Part shown: one piece after another, positions 35,928 to 47,894 of the stretch
How the letters are laid out: every line of letters begins with the position of its first letter
How positions within the stretch are numbered: position 1 is the first letter of the stretch
NCBI RefSeq assembly: GCF_963921235.1
Contig: NC_086099.1
Location: 124,248,001-124,312,000 of the forward strand
Direction of reading: 5' to 3'
DNA from: Mobula hypostoma
Lineage: Eukaryota
Length of the DNA: 64,000 nt
Made by a program: the position numbers and the translations under genes
The notes under the pieces: model-generated
The model's database searches: none
What the model was told of the DNA's origin: nothing
What the model saw: only the letters and a program-made list of their open reading frames with translations

Positions 35928-37920
35928 ATAGAAAATAGGAAAATAGGTGCAGGAGTAGGCCATTCGGCCCTTCGAGCCTGCACCGCCATTTATTATAATC
36001 ATGGCTGATCATCCAACTCAGAACCCCGCCCCAGCCTTCCCTCCATACCCCCTGATCCCCGTAGCCACAAGGGCCATATCTAACTCCCTTTTAAATATAG
36101 CCAATGAACTGGCCTCAACTGTTTCCTGTGGCAGAGAATTCCACAGATTCACCACTTTCTGTGTGAAGAAGTTTTTCCTAATCTCGGTCCTAAAAGGCTT
36201 CCCCTTTATCCTCAAACTGTGACCCCTTGTTCTGGACTTCCCCAACATCGGGAACAATCTTCCTGCATCTAGCCTGTCCAATCCCTTTAGGATTTTATAT
36301 GTTTCAATCAGATCCCCCCTCAATCTTCTAAATTCCAATGAGTACAAGCCCAGTTCATCCAGTCTTTCTTCATGTGAAAGTCCTGCCATCCCAGGAATCA
36401 ATCTGGTGAACCTTCTTTGTACTCCCTCTATGGCAAGGATGTCTTTCCTCAGATTAGGGGACCAAAACTGCACACAATACTCCAGGTGTGGTCTCACCAA
36501 GGCCTTGTACAACTGCAGTAGTACCTCCCTGCTCCTGTACTCGAATCCTCTCGCTATAAATGCCAGCATACCATTCGTCTTTTTCACCGCCTGCTGTACC
36601 TGCATGCCCACTTTCAATGACTGGTGTATAATGACACCCAGGTCTCGTTGCACCTCCCCTTTTCCTAATCGGCCACCATTCAGATAATAATCTGTTTTCC
36701 TATTTTTGCCACCAAAGTGGATAACTTCACATTTATCCACATTAAATTGCATCTGCCATGAATTTGCCCACTCACCCAACCTATCCAAGTCACTCTGCAT
36801 CCTCTTAGCATCCTCCTCACAGCTAACACTGCCACCCAGCTTCGTGTCATCTGCAAACTTGGAGATGCTGCATTTAATTCCCTCATCCAAGTCATTAATA
36901 TATATTGTAAACAACTGGGGTCCCAGCACTGAGCCTTGCGGTACCCCACTAGTCACTGCCTGCCATTCTGAAAAGGTCCCGTTTATTCCCACTCTTTGCT
37001 TTCCTGTCTGCTAACCAATTCTCCATCCACATCAATACCTTACCCCCAATACCGTGTGCTTTAAGTTTGCACACTAATCTCCTGTGTGGGACCTTGTCAA
37101 AAGCCTTTTGAAAATCCAAATATACCACATCCACTGGTTCTCCCCTATCCACTCTACTGGTTACATCCTCAAAAAATTCTATGAGATTCGTCAGACATGA
37201 TTTTCCTTTCACATATCCATGCTGACTTTGTCTGATGGTTTCACCGCTTTCCAAATGTGCTGTTATCACATCTTTGATCACTGACTCCAGCAGTTTCCCC
37301 ACCACCGACGTTAGGCTAACCGGTCTACAATTCCCCAGTTTCTCTCTCCCTCCTTTTTTAAAAAGTGGGGTTACATTAGCCATCCTCCAATCCTCAGGAA
37401 CTAGTCCAGAATCTAACGAGTTTTGAAAAATTATCACTAATGCATCTACTATTTCTTGTGCTACTTCCTTAAGCACTCTAGGATGCAGACCATCTGGCCC
37501 TAGGGATTCATCTGCCTTCAATCCCTTCAATTTACCTAACACCACTTCCCTACTAACATGTATTTTGCTCAGTTCCTCCATCTCACTGGACCCTCTGTCC
37601 CCTACTATTTCTGGAAGATTATTTATGTCCTCCTTAGTGAAGACAGAACCAAAGTAATTATTCAATTGGTCTGCCATGTCCTTGCTCCCCATAATCAATT
37701 CACCTGTTTCTGTCTGTAGGGGCCCTACATTTGTCTTTACCAGTCTTTTCCTTTTTACATATCTATAAAAGCTTTTACAGTCAGTTTTTATGTTCCCTGC
37801 CAGTTTTCTCTCATAATCTTTTTTCCCCTTCCTAATTAAGCCCTTTGTCCTCCTCTGCTGAACTCTGAATTTCTCCCAGTCCTCAGGTGAGCCACTTTCT
37901 CTGGCTAATTTGTATGTTTC
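35928..37920 (-). mobile_element. Young 5'-truncated CR1 LINE (copy 2 of 4)
   Basis: ORFs 36949-37698 and 36018-36992 are nearly identical to the 16686 ORF, split by a single +1 frameshift near 36990-37005. Confidence 0.97.
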
Positions 37921-37939
37921 TTATGTGTGTGACACATCG

Positions 37940-38200
37940 GGAGGATTAAAAGGAGTCTGGGTGCTCTTTGGCTTCTTCCTGTGTGGGCAGCAATCAGCAC
38001 GAGAGGTTGTACATTGCTGACGCAGCATGAGAGATCAGCTGTGAGGTTTAGGAAGAGCTCGGGTGCTCTTTGGCTTTATTTTTGGCAGGTGGCAATCAGT
38101 ACGAGGGGTCATTTGTCGGCAAAGCAACACAAGGTTTAAAAAGAGCTCAGGTGTTTTTGTTTTTTTTCTTGGTGGGCAGCAATCAGCATTGAGCCAATGA
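37940..38200 (+). repeat. Three diverged tandem monomers of about 90-100 bp in the CR1 5' region
   Basis: Recurring GG(A/T)TTAAAA..GAG.TC.GGTG.T.TTTG...GG(C/T)(A/G)GCAATCAG unit near 37944, 38045 and 38132. Confidence 0.7.
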
Positions 38201-39194
38201 AAAGAAAAGAAGTGTAAGCAGAGTGGCCATTGTTGGAATGGGGCACTGCTAGAGTGGTCCAGCTTTGGCTAAACAGGTTTAGGCAAGAACAGGTGGAGGC
38301 TCTAAGCAAGTAAGAACATTTCTAGTAAGTTTTTTTTTCTACTGGTACATAGCTAGTGCAATGAGAATGGGTCTGGGGATAGTGTGATGTGGAAAATTTG
38401 GGAGACCTCCAGTCTCCCTGTTAACTACATCTGCACAAAGCTGCTCAGAGATCATGTTAAGAAATTGGAACTTCAACTCAATGACTTTCGATTTGTGTGG
38501 GAGAATGAGGAGGAGATGCCCCTGGGAACAGGAATAGCCAGCCAGTGCAGACTAGCCTTGTGCTATTCCCCTCAATAAAAGATATACTGCTTTGGCTACT
38601 GTCGAGGGCGGCAGGATGACCTACCAGGGGAAGCCGTAGTGACCAGGTCCCTGGCACTGAATCTGAGTCTGTGACTCAGAAGGGAAAGGGGAAGAAGACA
38701 AGTGCAGTAGTGATGGAGGATTCCATAGTCAGAGGAGCAGAAAGCTGATTCTGTGGATGTGAAAGAGATACCCGGATGGTATGTTGCCTCCCAGGTGCCA
38801 GGGTCAGGGTAGCTCAGATTGAGTCCACTGTATTCTAAAAGAAGAGGGTGAACTGCCGAAGTTGTGGTACTGTGAGGCTGAGGAACTGGTGCAGGAGGCA
38901 GGGGTTCAGACTTATGGACCATTGGGATCTCTTCAGGGGATGGTATGACCTCCACCAAAAGGACAGGTTATACCTGAACCTGAACGAGACCAATATCCTT
39001 GCAGGCAGGTTTGCTAGAGCTGTTGGAGAGGATTTAAATGAGTTTGGCAGGGGAATAGGAACTGGAGTGATGGGGCTTAGAATGGGGCAGTTTGTATGCA
39101 AGTGGAAGCACTGTGGAGTGAGACTGTGAGGAAGGACAGGCAGACCTTAGGTGATGAATACAGAAATGAAGGCTTATATTTGAATGCACACTGT

Positions 39195-42100
39195 TTATGA
39201 TCGAGTGGTCGGTGGCTAAACCGGCTCCCCCACCAGACTCAGTCTGGTGAGGAGGGTGTGAGGACACCCAGCGGGACTGAAAAACAAGACCTGACAAAGG
39301 GCAGATGAGCTCCTTGTGAGCCAACGGCCATCTTCCGTGGAAGAGATTAAAGCCTCACCACGTATCTCCCTCTTATGAATCGTATGCTATGCACTTAGTT
39401 AGAAGAGATATGCGTTGTGCAGATGAACCTAGGCCCCTTGCGAGCAATTCTGCTGTACATAGCCACAAGGAAAAAGATAACGACCTTGGGAATTGTAGGC
39501 CTGTTGGGAATGAAGGCGGCACACCAAATCCAAAAGGACGTGTGGCATTGGCTAATGACAGACTGAAAACTAGGGAAGTATCTTACAGATAGGGACATGG
39601 AATGTTTGAACAATGTATCAAGCGGGGAAGCTAGATAATGCAATTCTTGAGATATCTCAAATGAAGCTGGATATTATGGGAGTAAGCGAAGTCCATTGGA
39701 CAGAGGCTGGAACAGTTGACAAGAATGATTTTGCGATGATATACTCTGGAGGAGAGAGCCATGCCAATGGTGTTGGAATTATTGTGAAGAAGAAAATCTA
39801 CAATGCAATGGATGGGTTTTGGCCCATATCTGATAGAGTCATAATGGTAAAATTAAAAGAAAAACCTTTCGATGTTAGGATAGTCCAAGTGTATGCACCA
39901 ACAGGTGAGCATGAGGATGAAGAGGCGGAACGGTTTTATGAGGATGTAGAATCTGCTTTAAAAAATGCAAAGAGCTCTGATGTACTTTTCATTATGGGAG
40001 ACCTGAATGCTAGAGTAGGCAACGTAAGATACAAGGGTATCTTTGGTCAGTATGGCTTTGATGAGAGAAATGAAAGAGGGGAAAGATTTATACAATTTTG
40101 TGAACAGTATGAGCTGATGGTAGCAAACACATGGTTCAAATTACCCAAACGAGAATTATACACCTGTAAGAAGCCTGGGGATACTGGAAGGAGACAAATT
40201 GACTATATTGCAGTGAGGAAATGCTTCAGGAGAAGTATTAGGATGGCCAAGACCTATCCAGGTGCCGATATAGGTTCAGATCACAACCCGGTGGTTGTTA
40301 TGGTGAAGATTGCACTAAAGACAAAGATTAAGGCTGCAACCAAGAAAACCAGGCTGGATATGGACCTACTGAAGAAGAGCGAGTATAGTGAAAGATTTTA
40401 TGCAGCAGTACAAAATAGGTTTAAAGGACTGAGAGTAGAAGACATGGAGCAGACACCAGATAACATGGGGTCAAACCTGAAGGACTGTATGCAAATGGCA
40501 GCTGAAGAATGTCTCCCCAAAAGAAGGAGTGTAGCTAAACAAGCCTGGATGACGGATCACGTTCTGAAGCTCATGGAAGAGAGAAGGAAGCACAAGAAGG
40601 ACACATCTAGGTACAAGGAATTGGACCAACAAATAAGAGCAGAATGTGCAAAAGCTAAAAAACAATGGTGTATCAAACGGTGTGAAAAGGTAGAGACCAT
40701 GGACATGTTGCATCATTCAAGGGATATGCACAGGGAGATTGCAGAGATGACCAACAGGAACAAGAGACAACCAAGGACTGGCATTATTCAAGACAAGGAC
40801 GGGAACATACGCTTTGAGAAAGACAAGGTGGAAAGTAGATGGATGGAATACATTAGGGAATTGTACTACGATGTGAGAAATGATCCAGTGAGTGAGAAGA
40901 ACACGGAAGGTCCGGAAATTTTGGTAGTGGAAGTAAGAGCAGCCGTTGGAAAGTTAAAAACTGGTAAAGCTTATGGTGTAGATGGTATTACAGCCGAAAT
41001 GTTGAAATGTCTTGACGACTCGGAGGTTGAGGAGATCATGAGGCTTTGCAATACAATCTACTCAACAGGAAAGTGGCCAACAGATTTTGTGCTGTTGGAG
41101 TTTGTCATGATCCCAAAGAAAAGTAAGAGCTCGAAATACTCAGACTTTAGAACTATAAGTCTTATAAGTCATGCCTCCAAGATATTGTTATTAATACTTC
41201 TAAGCAGAATAAAAAAGACAGTTCTTAATGAAATTAATGAATGCCAGAGCGAATTTATACTGGGTAAGGGTACCCGTGAAAGGATTTTCAATTAGCGAAT
41301 GATTGTCGAACGAGGTCTAGAAAAAAAAAGACATTTACATGTGCTTCCTGGATTACGAAAAAGCTTTTGACAGAGTCAATCATGAACAGCTGGTCAATTG
41401 CCTGAACTCATTGGGGCTGGATGGGAAAGATGTTCGACTGATTGCGAGTCTGTAATGGCATCAGAAGGCAGTAATAAGAACTAGCGGTGGGAATTCACCT
41501 GATGTTGAGACCAAAAAGGGATTCACCAGGGCTGCATTATCTCCCCTTTATTATTTAACATTTACTCAGAGGTAATATTCAGGGTGTTGAACGATGAAGC
41601 TGGTGTCCAAATTGGTGGAGTGACGGTGAACAACTTGAGGTATGCAGATGATTCAGTGTTGTTAGCCGAGACTGAGGACGAGTTACTCAGAATAGTAGAT
41701 AAGATAAATGCTGAAGGAGAACGATTTGGAATGAAAATAAATGCTGCAAAACGAAGATGGTGGTAGTATCACGGAGGAAAGAAGTCCCCCAAAATCAGTA
41801 ACAAAATTAACGGTGTTCACATAGATCAAGTCAAGAAGTTTGTGTACTTAGGACAGATGGTCACAGAGGATGGGGAATGTTATACAGAAGTTAGACGAAG
41901 AATTGAGATTGCAAGATCAACGTTCTGGAGCCTGAGTGACATGCTGTGTGGCAAGAGGTTGGACTTTGGGCTGCGTTGTAGAATTTGGAAATGCTACGTC
42001 TCGAGCAGTCTGTTGTATGGAGTCAAATCGTGGACCTTGTGCGAGGAAGCGCATCAACAACAATGCGGTGTTTAAGGAGAATGCAGAAAATTAGATGGGT

Positions 42101-42414
42101 GAGGAAGGTCAGTAATATGGAAGTGTTGAAGAGAGTGAGGAGAGAAAAGGAGTTGCTGAAGAATATGTAGAAAAGGAAGCTGGAATATGCCGGGCACTTG
42201 TTCAGAGGTGGTGGACTGCAGAAATTGTTATTGGAAGGGATGATAGAAGGAAAGAGGGAAAGAGGAAGGCAGCGAACCACTTGGTACGATAATGTGAGGC
42301 AATGGACTGGGTTGAGTAATGCTGAGGCCAGAAAAAGAGCGCAAGATCGAAGAAGATGGAGGTGCATAGCCACCAACCCCGGATTCGGGACGGCACCCAC
42401 TGACTGACTGACTG
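39195..42414 (+). mobile_element. Near-full-length RTE-clade LINE with (ACTG)n tail
   Basis: 5' leader of about 0.4 kb, single APE-RT ORF, (ACTG)n tail at about 42399-42414. Flanked by ACAC(T/A)GT at 39188-39194 and 42415-42421. Confidence 0.93.
39613..42405 (+). pseudogene. RTE APE-RT polyprotein: 560 aa intact, then stops and frameshifts
   Basis: GVSEVHW, QVYAPT, MGDLNARVG, IDYI, SDHNPV (APE); GKAYGVDGITAEML, FRTISLISHASKIL, FLDYEKAFD, LRYADD, YLGQMVT (RT). Confidence 0.9.
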
Positions 42415-43152
42415 ACACAGTATACGGAATAAGGTAGATGATCTTGTAGTGCAGTTAGACATCGGCAGGTATAAAGTTGTGAGCATCTGTTTATAGCTGA
42501 GAGGTCATCGTCCAAAGATAGGCAATGTATTGTATCGAGAGGGCAGACAGGTAGGCAGAGGGGGTGGCATGGTGCCATTGGTAAAAAATAAACCAAATCC
42601 TCGGTAAGAGGAGACATAGGATCAGAAGGTGTAGAATCCTTGTAAGTAGAGTTAAGAAACTGCAAGGATAAAAGATTCCTGATGGGAGTTATATACAGAC
42701 CTCCAAACAGTAGCCAGGATGTGGGATAGAAATTACAATAGGAAATAAAAGAAAAGCATGTAAGGCTGGGCGGTGAGTCCACTAGAAGAATGGGAATTCT
42801 AGATTGGATGTTATTAATAACCGAATTAGATTAGAAAGCTTAAGGTAAAGGAACCCTTAGGAGTTAGTGATGATAATATGATAGAATTCTCCCTGCAGTT
42901 TGAAAAGGCAAGACTAAAATCAAATGTATTGGTATTACGATGGAATAAAAGGAATTAAAGAGGCATAAAAGAAGAGCTGGCCAAAGTTGACTGGAAGGGA
43001 CGCTAACAGTGATTTCAGCAGAACAGCAATGCTGGTGTTTCTGGGGGGTGATTTGGAAGGTGTAGGAAAGATACATCCCAAAGATGAAGAAGTACTCCAA
43101 GGAGAGGATGAAGGAACTGAAGCTGACAAGAGAAGTCAAAGACAGCATAAAA

Positions 43153-43232
43153 CAGGGGTTCCCAAACTTTTTAATGTCATGAATCCTTACCATTAACCGG
43201 GGGGTCTGTAGACTCCAGGTTTGGAACCTCTG
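43153..43232. mobile_element. 80-bp hAT (Charlie-like) MITE with 8-bp TSD
   Basis: TIRs CAGGGGTTCCCAAAC / GTTTGGAACCTCTG. TSD GCATAAAA at 43145-43152 and 43233-43240. Confidence 0.9.
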
Positions 43233-45647
43233 GCATAAAAGCAAAAGAGAGGACATAAAATATTGCAAAAAATAATGAAAGGGAGGGGACTGGTGAGCTT
43301 TTAAAAGCCAACAGAAGACAACTAAAGACAATAAAGAGAGAAGAGAGGAAATATGAAGGTAGGCTAGCCAATTATATAAAAGAGAATACAAAAAATATAT
43401 TCAGATGTATAAGCAGTAAAAGAGGAGAGACTGGATATCGGATCAGTGAAATATGATACTGGAGAGATAGTAATGGGGGGACAAAGAAATGGGGGAGGAG
43501 CTTACTAGCGATTTTGCATCGGTCTTCACTGTGGAAGACACTAGCAGAATGCTAGAATTGCAAGAGTGTCAGGGGGCAGAAGTGAGCGTCATTGCTATTA
43601 CAAAGGAGAAGGTACTTGAGAAGCTGAAAAGTCTGAAGGTAGATACATCACTTGGATACATCCCAGAGTTCTGAAAGAAGTATCTGAAGAGATTCTGGAA
43701 TGGTTCGTGAGGACTGGAAAACTGCAAATATCACTCCACTCTTTAAAAAGGGAGGGAGGCAGAAAAAATGAAATTATAGGCCAGTTAGTTTGACTTAAGA
43801 AGTTGGGAAGATGTTGGAGTCAATGGTTAAGGATGAGGCTTTGGGGTACTTGGAGGCACATAACAAATCAGGCCAAAGTCAGCATGGTTTTCTAAAGGGG
43901 AAATCTTAGCTGACAAATCTGCTGGAATTCTTTGAGGAAATAACAAGCAGGCTAGACAATAGAGAGTCTGTGGATGTTGTTTGTTTGGATTTTTGGAAGA
44001 TGCCAAGTGTGAGGCTGCTTAACAAAGTAAGAGCCCATGGCATTACAGGAAAGATACCTGGATGGATAGAAGATTGGTTGATTGGCAGGAGGCAAAGAGT
44101 GGGAATAAAGGGGGCCTTTTCTGGTTGGCTGCCAATGACTCGTAGTGTGCGGCAGGGGTCAGTTTCGGGACCGCTTATTTTCATGTTCTATGTCACTGAT
44201 TTGGATGAAGGAATTGTTGGCTTTATGGCCAAATTTGCAGAAGATACATGGATTGATAGAAGGGCAGGTAGTGTTGAGGAAGCAGGGCGTCTGCAGAAGA
44301 ACTTAGACAGAGTGGGAGAACGGGCAAAGAAGTGGCAGGTGGAACATGATGTAGGGGAGTGCATGGTCATACACTTGGGTAGAAGGAATAATGGTGTGGA
44401 TTATTTTGTAACTACAGAGAAATTTTAAAAATCAGAGGTGCCGAGGGATTTTGTAGTCCTCATGCAGAATTCCCTAAAGGTTAATTTGCAAGTTCATTCA
44501 TTACAAAAGGAGTAGAATGTTAGCATTCATTACAAGAGGAGTAGAATACTAAAGCAAAGGTGTAATGCTAAAGCTTTATAAGGCACTGGTGAGGCCTCAT
44601 TTGGAGTATTGTGAATAGTTTTGGGCCCCTTATCAAAGAAAGGACGTGCTGGCATTGGAAAGGATCCCAGAGGATGTTCATGAGGATGATCCTGGGAATG
44701 AAGGGGTTAACATATGAAGAGTGTTTGACAGCTCAGGGCCTGTACATGCTGGAGTTTATCTATCAACTATTGAAAGGACTGGATAGAATGGATGTGCAGA
44801 GGATTTTTCCGATAGTGGGGGAGTTTTGGGCCAAAGGGCACAGCCTCAGAATGGAGGAACATCCATTCAGAACAGAGATGAGGGAAAATGTCTTCAGAGG
44901 CTGGTGAATCTGCAGAATTCTTTGCCACAGCCAGCTGTGCAGGCCAAGTCATTGAGTATATTTAAAGCAGTGGTTGATAGTTCCTTGAATAGTTAGGGTG
45001 TCAGGAGTTACAGGGAGAAAGCAGGGGAATGGGGTTGAGAGTGATAATAATGAAATGACAGAGCAGATTCGATGGTCTGAATGGCCTAATTCTGCTCCTA
45101 GGTCTTATTATTGTTTTGGACTATTGGAAGAATTGTGATGCCCAGCTAAAGAAAAGATTGAACCTGAGGTGGACCTGGCCTGTTTGGTACAGTCTCGACT
45201 ACCTGAAGTCTCGACTGGTAGGGAAGTATTAAGTATTATACTACATGCCCCGATGGTATGGTTAGCATTGTTGATGAATCCACAAAATTACTGGGACACA
45301 CCTGTCCTTCCACCTTCCCTATCCTGACAGCCACCTCTCTGTGAATGCAGATCTTGATGGTGAAGTCTGTCTCTGCTTTTTAGGTGTCAATTGAGTGCAA
45401 AGTTATTTAAAGGTCAAGGTTATGGACATGGCTTAATCTCATGCTCCATGAAGAAGCAATGATCCCTGCGGTTCTACGTGTGTTACAATGGGGCGTTGAG
45501 GGCGGACCCAAGTGCAGGACACAGACAAGGAGGTAACATTAACAGAAGTGTGTTGTTTAATAGTTGCCAGGAAAGCCAGGGAGCGAGGATAGAATGCCTA
45601 CGCAGACGAGGATGCGGGACAACAAACAGGAGGAGCTCAGACATGGA

Positions 45648-45833
45648 GCCTGGACTTGGATTTGGACTCGGATACAGAGCCTGAACTTGGACTAGGACTT
45701 GGACCCAGAGCCTGGACTTGGACTTGGACTTGTACCTGGAGCCTGGACTTGGTCTCGGACTTGGACCCGGAGCCTGGACTTGGACATGGACTTGGACACG
45801 GAGCCTGGACTTGAACTTGGACTCGGACACAGA
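45648..45833. repeat. Minisatellite, six 31-bp units built from GGACTT hexamers
   Basis: GCCT(G/A) unit starts at 45648, 45679, 45710, 45741, 45772 and 45803. Confidence 0.95.
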
Positions 45834-45835
45834 GA

Positions 45836-46370
45836 GACAGAATACCCAACTCAGAGTAGCAGCAAACGGCCGGACCTACTCAGCTGGAAACGAGATGACT
45901 AAACCAAACAAACAACAGATAGTTCGAATCTTGACACAGAGTAGCTCCAGAAGCGCAAATGGCTGGCAATCACTCAGCTTGACACGAAGAGACAGAATTC
46001 CCAACCCGGAGCAGTGGCGAATGGCCGGACCCACTCAGCTGGAAACAAGACGACTAAACCAAAGAACGACTGACAATACGAACCTTGACATGGAGTAGCT
46101 CATGAAGCGGCAAACGGCTGGCAATCCCTTAGCTGGACACGAAGGGACAGAATTCTCAACTCAGAGTAGCGGCAACTGGCCGGACCTACTCAGCTTGAAA
46201 CGAGACAACAAAAACCAAACAATAACAGTCCATTTGTATCTTGGCTCGGAGTAGCGGCAATCAGCAAGCAAATCTCAGCTGTACATGAAAACAACAGAAT
46301 TCACATCTTGACTCGGAGTAGCGGCAAAGCGGTCGGCAACTCAGCTGGACACGAAAACGACGAATTCATT
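45836..46370. repeat. Tandem repeat with 155-bp period (three copies plus a partial), each made of two related halves
   Basis: GACAGAAT unit starts at 45836, 45991 and 46146, and a shorter one at about 46293. GAGTAGC...CTCAGCT occurs twice per unit. Confidence 0.88.
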
Positions 46371-46679
46371 AAGCAGCCACAGGCATCGAGGCAACTAAAG
46401 TCCACAATTCTCAGTGGGTCCAGGAGGAGCATAGCCGCACTGGCTACGGTGACAGACCAGCAGCGAGTAGACGTAGGCTGGAGTCTTTACGCTGCCGGTT
46501 CAAATGAGGATCAGGTGCCCTACCTAATCAAGGAGCCCAGTGGAACACGGGTAAAAGGAAAAGAACTGAAATGAGGAGTCAACAGACCAGACCGTGACAA
46601 TGTGCTTCTTAGGCCTCCAAGACTCTGAAAGGTTACCTCCAATTGTGTCTCTATAAAATCCTCCAAATTCACCGGAAGG

Positions 46680-46985
46680 ATAAATGAACCAATGTCAGGA
46701 TCATTTCCCAGTCCAACATCTCCAGGCCAGCCTCGTTCAGTATTTCCACTTCCCTCCCCCATCTGCCTGTCACCTCTCTTCACCTGGATCCACCAGCTTG
46801 GCAGCTGCTGCACCACCTCTTTCCCTCACCTCTTTACAAAGGCTATCTCTCTTCTGCCTTTCAGTCCTGATGAAGAATATCCCCTGAACCTTCAGCTGAC
46901 CCTTCCTCTCCACAGATGCTGCAGGAACCACTGAGTTCCTCCTGTTGCTTCCTTTAGCTCCAAACTCTTTTTGCACCAGATTTCC
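46680..46985 (+). mobile_element. Decayed Penelope-like 3' fragment
   Basis: Pyrimidine-rich UTR, CAGTCCTGATGAAG, CAGATGCTGC...CTGAGTTCCTCC. Confidence 0.6.
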
Positions 46986-46989
46986 AAAG

Positions 46990-47420
46990 CCGACATTTCA
47001 TATCAACAGGTTTCAATAGGTACATTTAATGTCAGAGAAATGCATAAAATATACATCCTGAAATTCTTTTTCTTCGTAAACATCCACAAAAACAGAGCCC
47101 CAAAGAATGAATGACAGTTAAAATGTTAGAACCCCAAAGCTCTCCTCCCCAGATTCCCTGTCCCATGCACAACCAGTAGCAAGGCAATGACCACCCCCAC
47201 CCTCACCAGCAAAAAAGCACCACCACCCTCCACCGAGCACTCAATCATGCAGAAAAGCATCAATAAAGACACAGACTTGCAGTACCCCAAAAACTACTCA
47301 ATCTCTCGTCATTCGACATACCATAGGCTCTCTCTCTCTCTCTCTCTCCCTAATAAGGGAAAAGAGGCATCCCTGTTTCACAGTGAGAGGGGAGACATAA
47401 CAGACAACTCGCTGATCAAA
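46990..47420 (-). mobile_element. Uncharacterised non-coding retroposon-like repeat with internal (TC)n
   Basis: Tail-like GGTACATTTAATG end and (TC)n at about 47328-47348. No coding match. Confidence 0.4.
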
Positions 47421-47479
47421 CTTTGCTTTGGAAGAAATTACCAGGGAGACAGGAAAAGATGTAAGGATATATTTTAAAA

Positions 47480-47760
47480 ATCTTCACTGACTTCTGGGAA
47501 TCCCTGGACCAAAACCATGCGAAGTGGAAGAGCAGCGTTCAGGATGGTGTTGAGAACTGGGAGCACACAGAAGCCCTCTGTTAATTGGCTGAAGGAGTGC
47601 GTCAGTCTCACAAACCACCCACCTGTCCTCTCAGGTTCCTGTTGTCCCATCTGTGGAGAGTTTCCAGTTTCCACATTGACCTCATATCAGCCTCCTCAGA
47701 ACCCACAGAACTGGAGTGGAAGCAAGTCACCCTCAGCTCTGAGTATCTCCCGAGATGATA
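47480..47760 (+). mobile_element. RTE-clade 3' fragment
   Basis: WESLDQNHAKWKSSVQDGV and a decayed CPICG...HIxLISxLRTH C-terminal motif. Confidence 0.7.
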
Positions 47761-47813
47761 GTGCGGCCATGCTCTCTTTCACCTATCCAGACTTTGCGTT
47801 GCATTTCAACCAT

Positions 47814-47894
47814 TAAAGTTTCCCAACCTAGGGTCCACTGGCTCCTTGGTTAATGGTGTTGTCCCATGGCATAGAAAAGGTTGGGAACCCATTG
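47814..47894. mobile_element. Second, older copy of the 80-bp hAT MITE
   Basis: Reverse complement aligns with 43153-43232 (GTTCCCAACC...CCATTAACC...GGTTGGGAA). TSD no longer recognisable. Confidence 0.75.

Larger units (their letters stand above)
37923..45112 (+). mobile_element. Old, heavily decayed full-length CR1 LINE interrupted by an RTE and a hAT MITE
   Basis: 5' tandem monomers, ORF1 remnants (MWKIWETSSLP, CCLPGARV, DRLYLN), APE start YLNA|SIRNK split by the RTE, RT remnants 43970-44428, 3' end GCCTAATTCTGCTCC near 45090. Confidence 0.85.
45481..46599 (-). mobile_element. Solo LTR (about 1.12 kb) containing two minisatellite arrays
   Basis: TG...CA termini (TGTTACA / GTGACA), flanks ACGTG and ATGTG (5-bp TSD with one CpG-type change), ATTAAA on the minus strand near 45555. 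Confidence 0.75.

Noticed and set aside
45483-46098. Low-complexity ORFs (QVQVQV, DLDLDL, WTWTWT) and a CRISPR-like appearance
   Set aside because: These are translations of the 31-bp minisatellite. The units are contiguous with no unique spacers and no cas genes, in a eukaryotic context.
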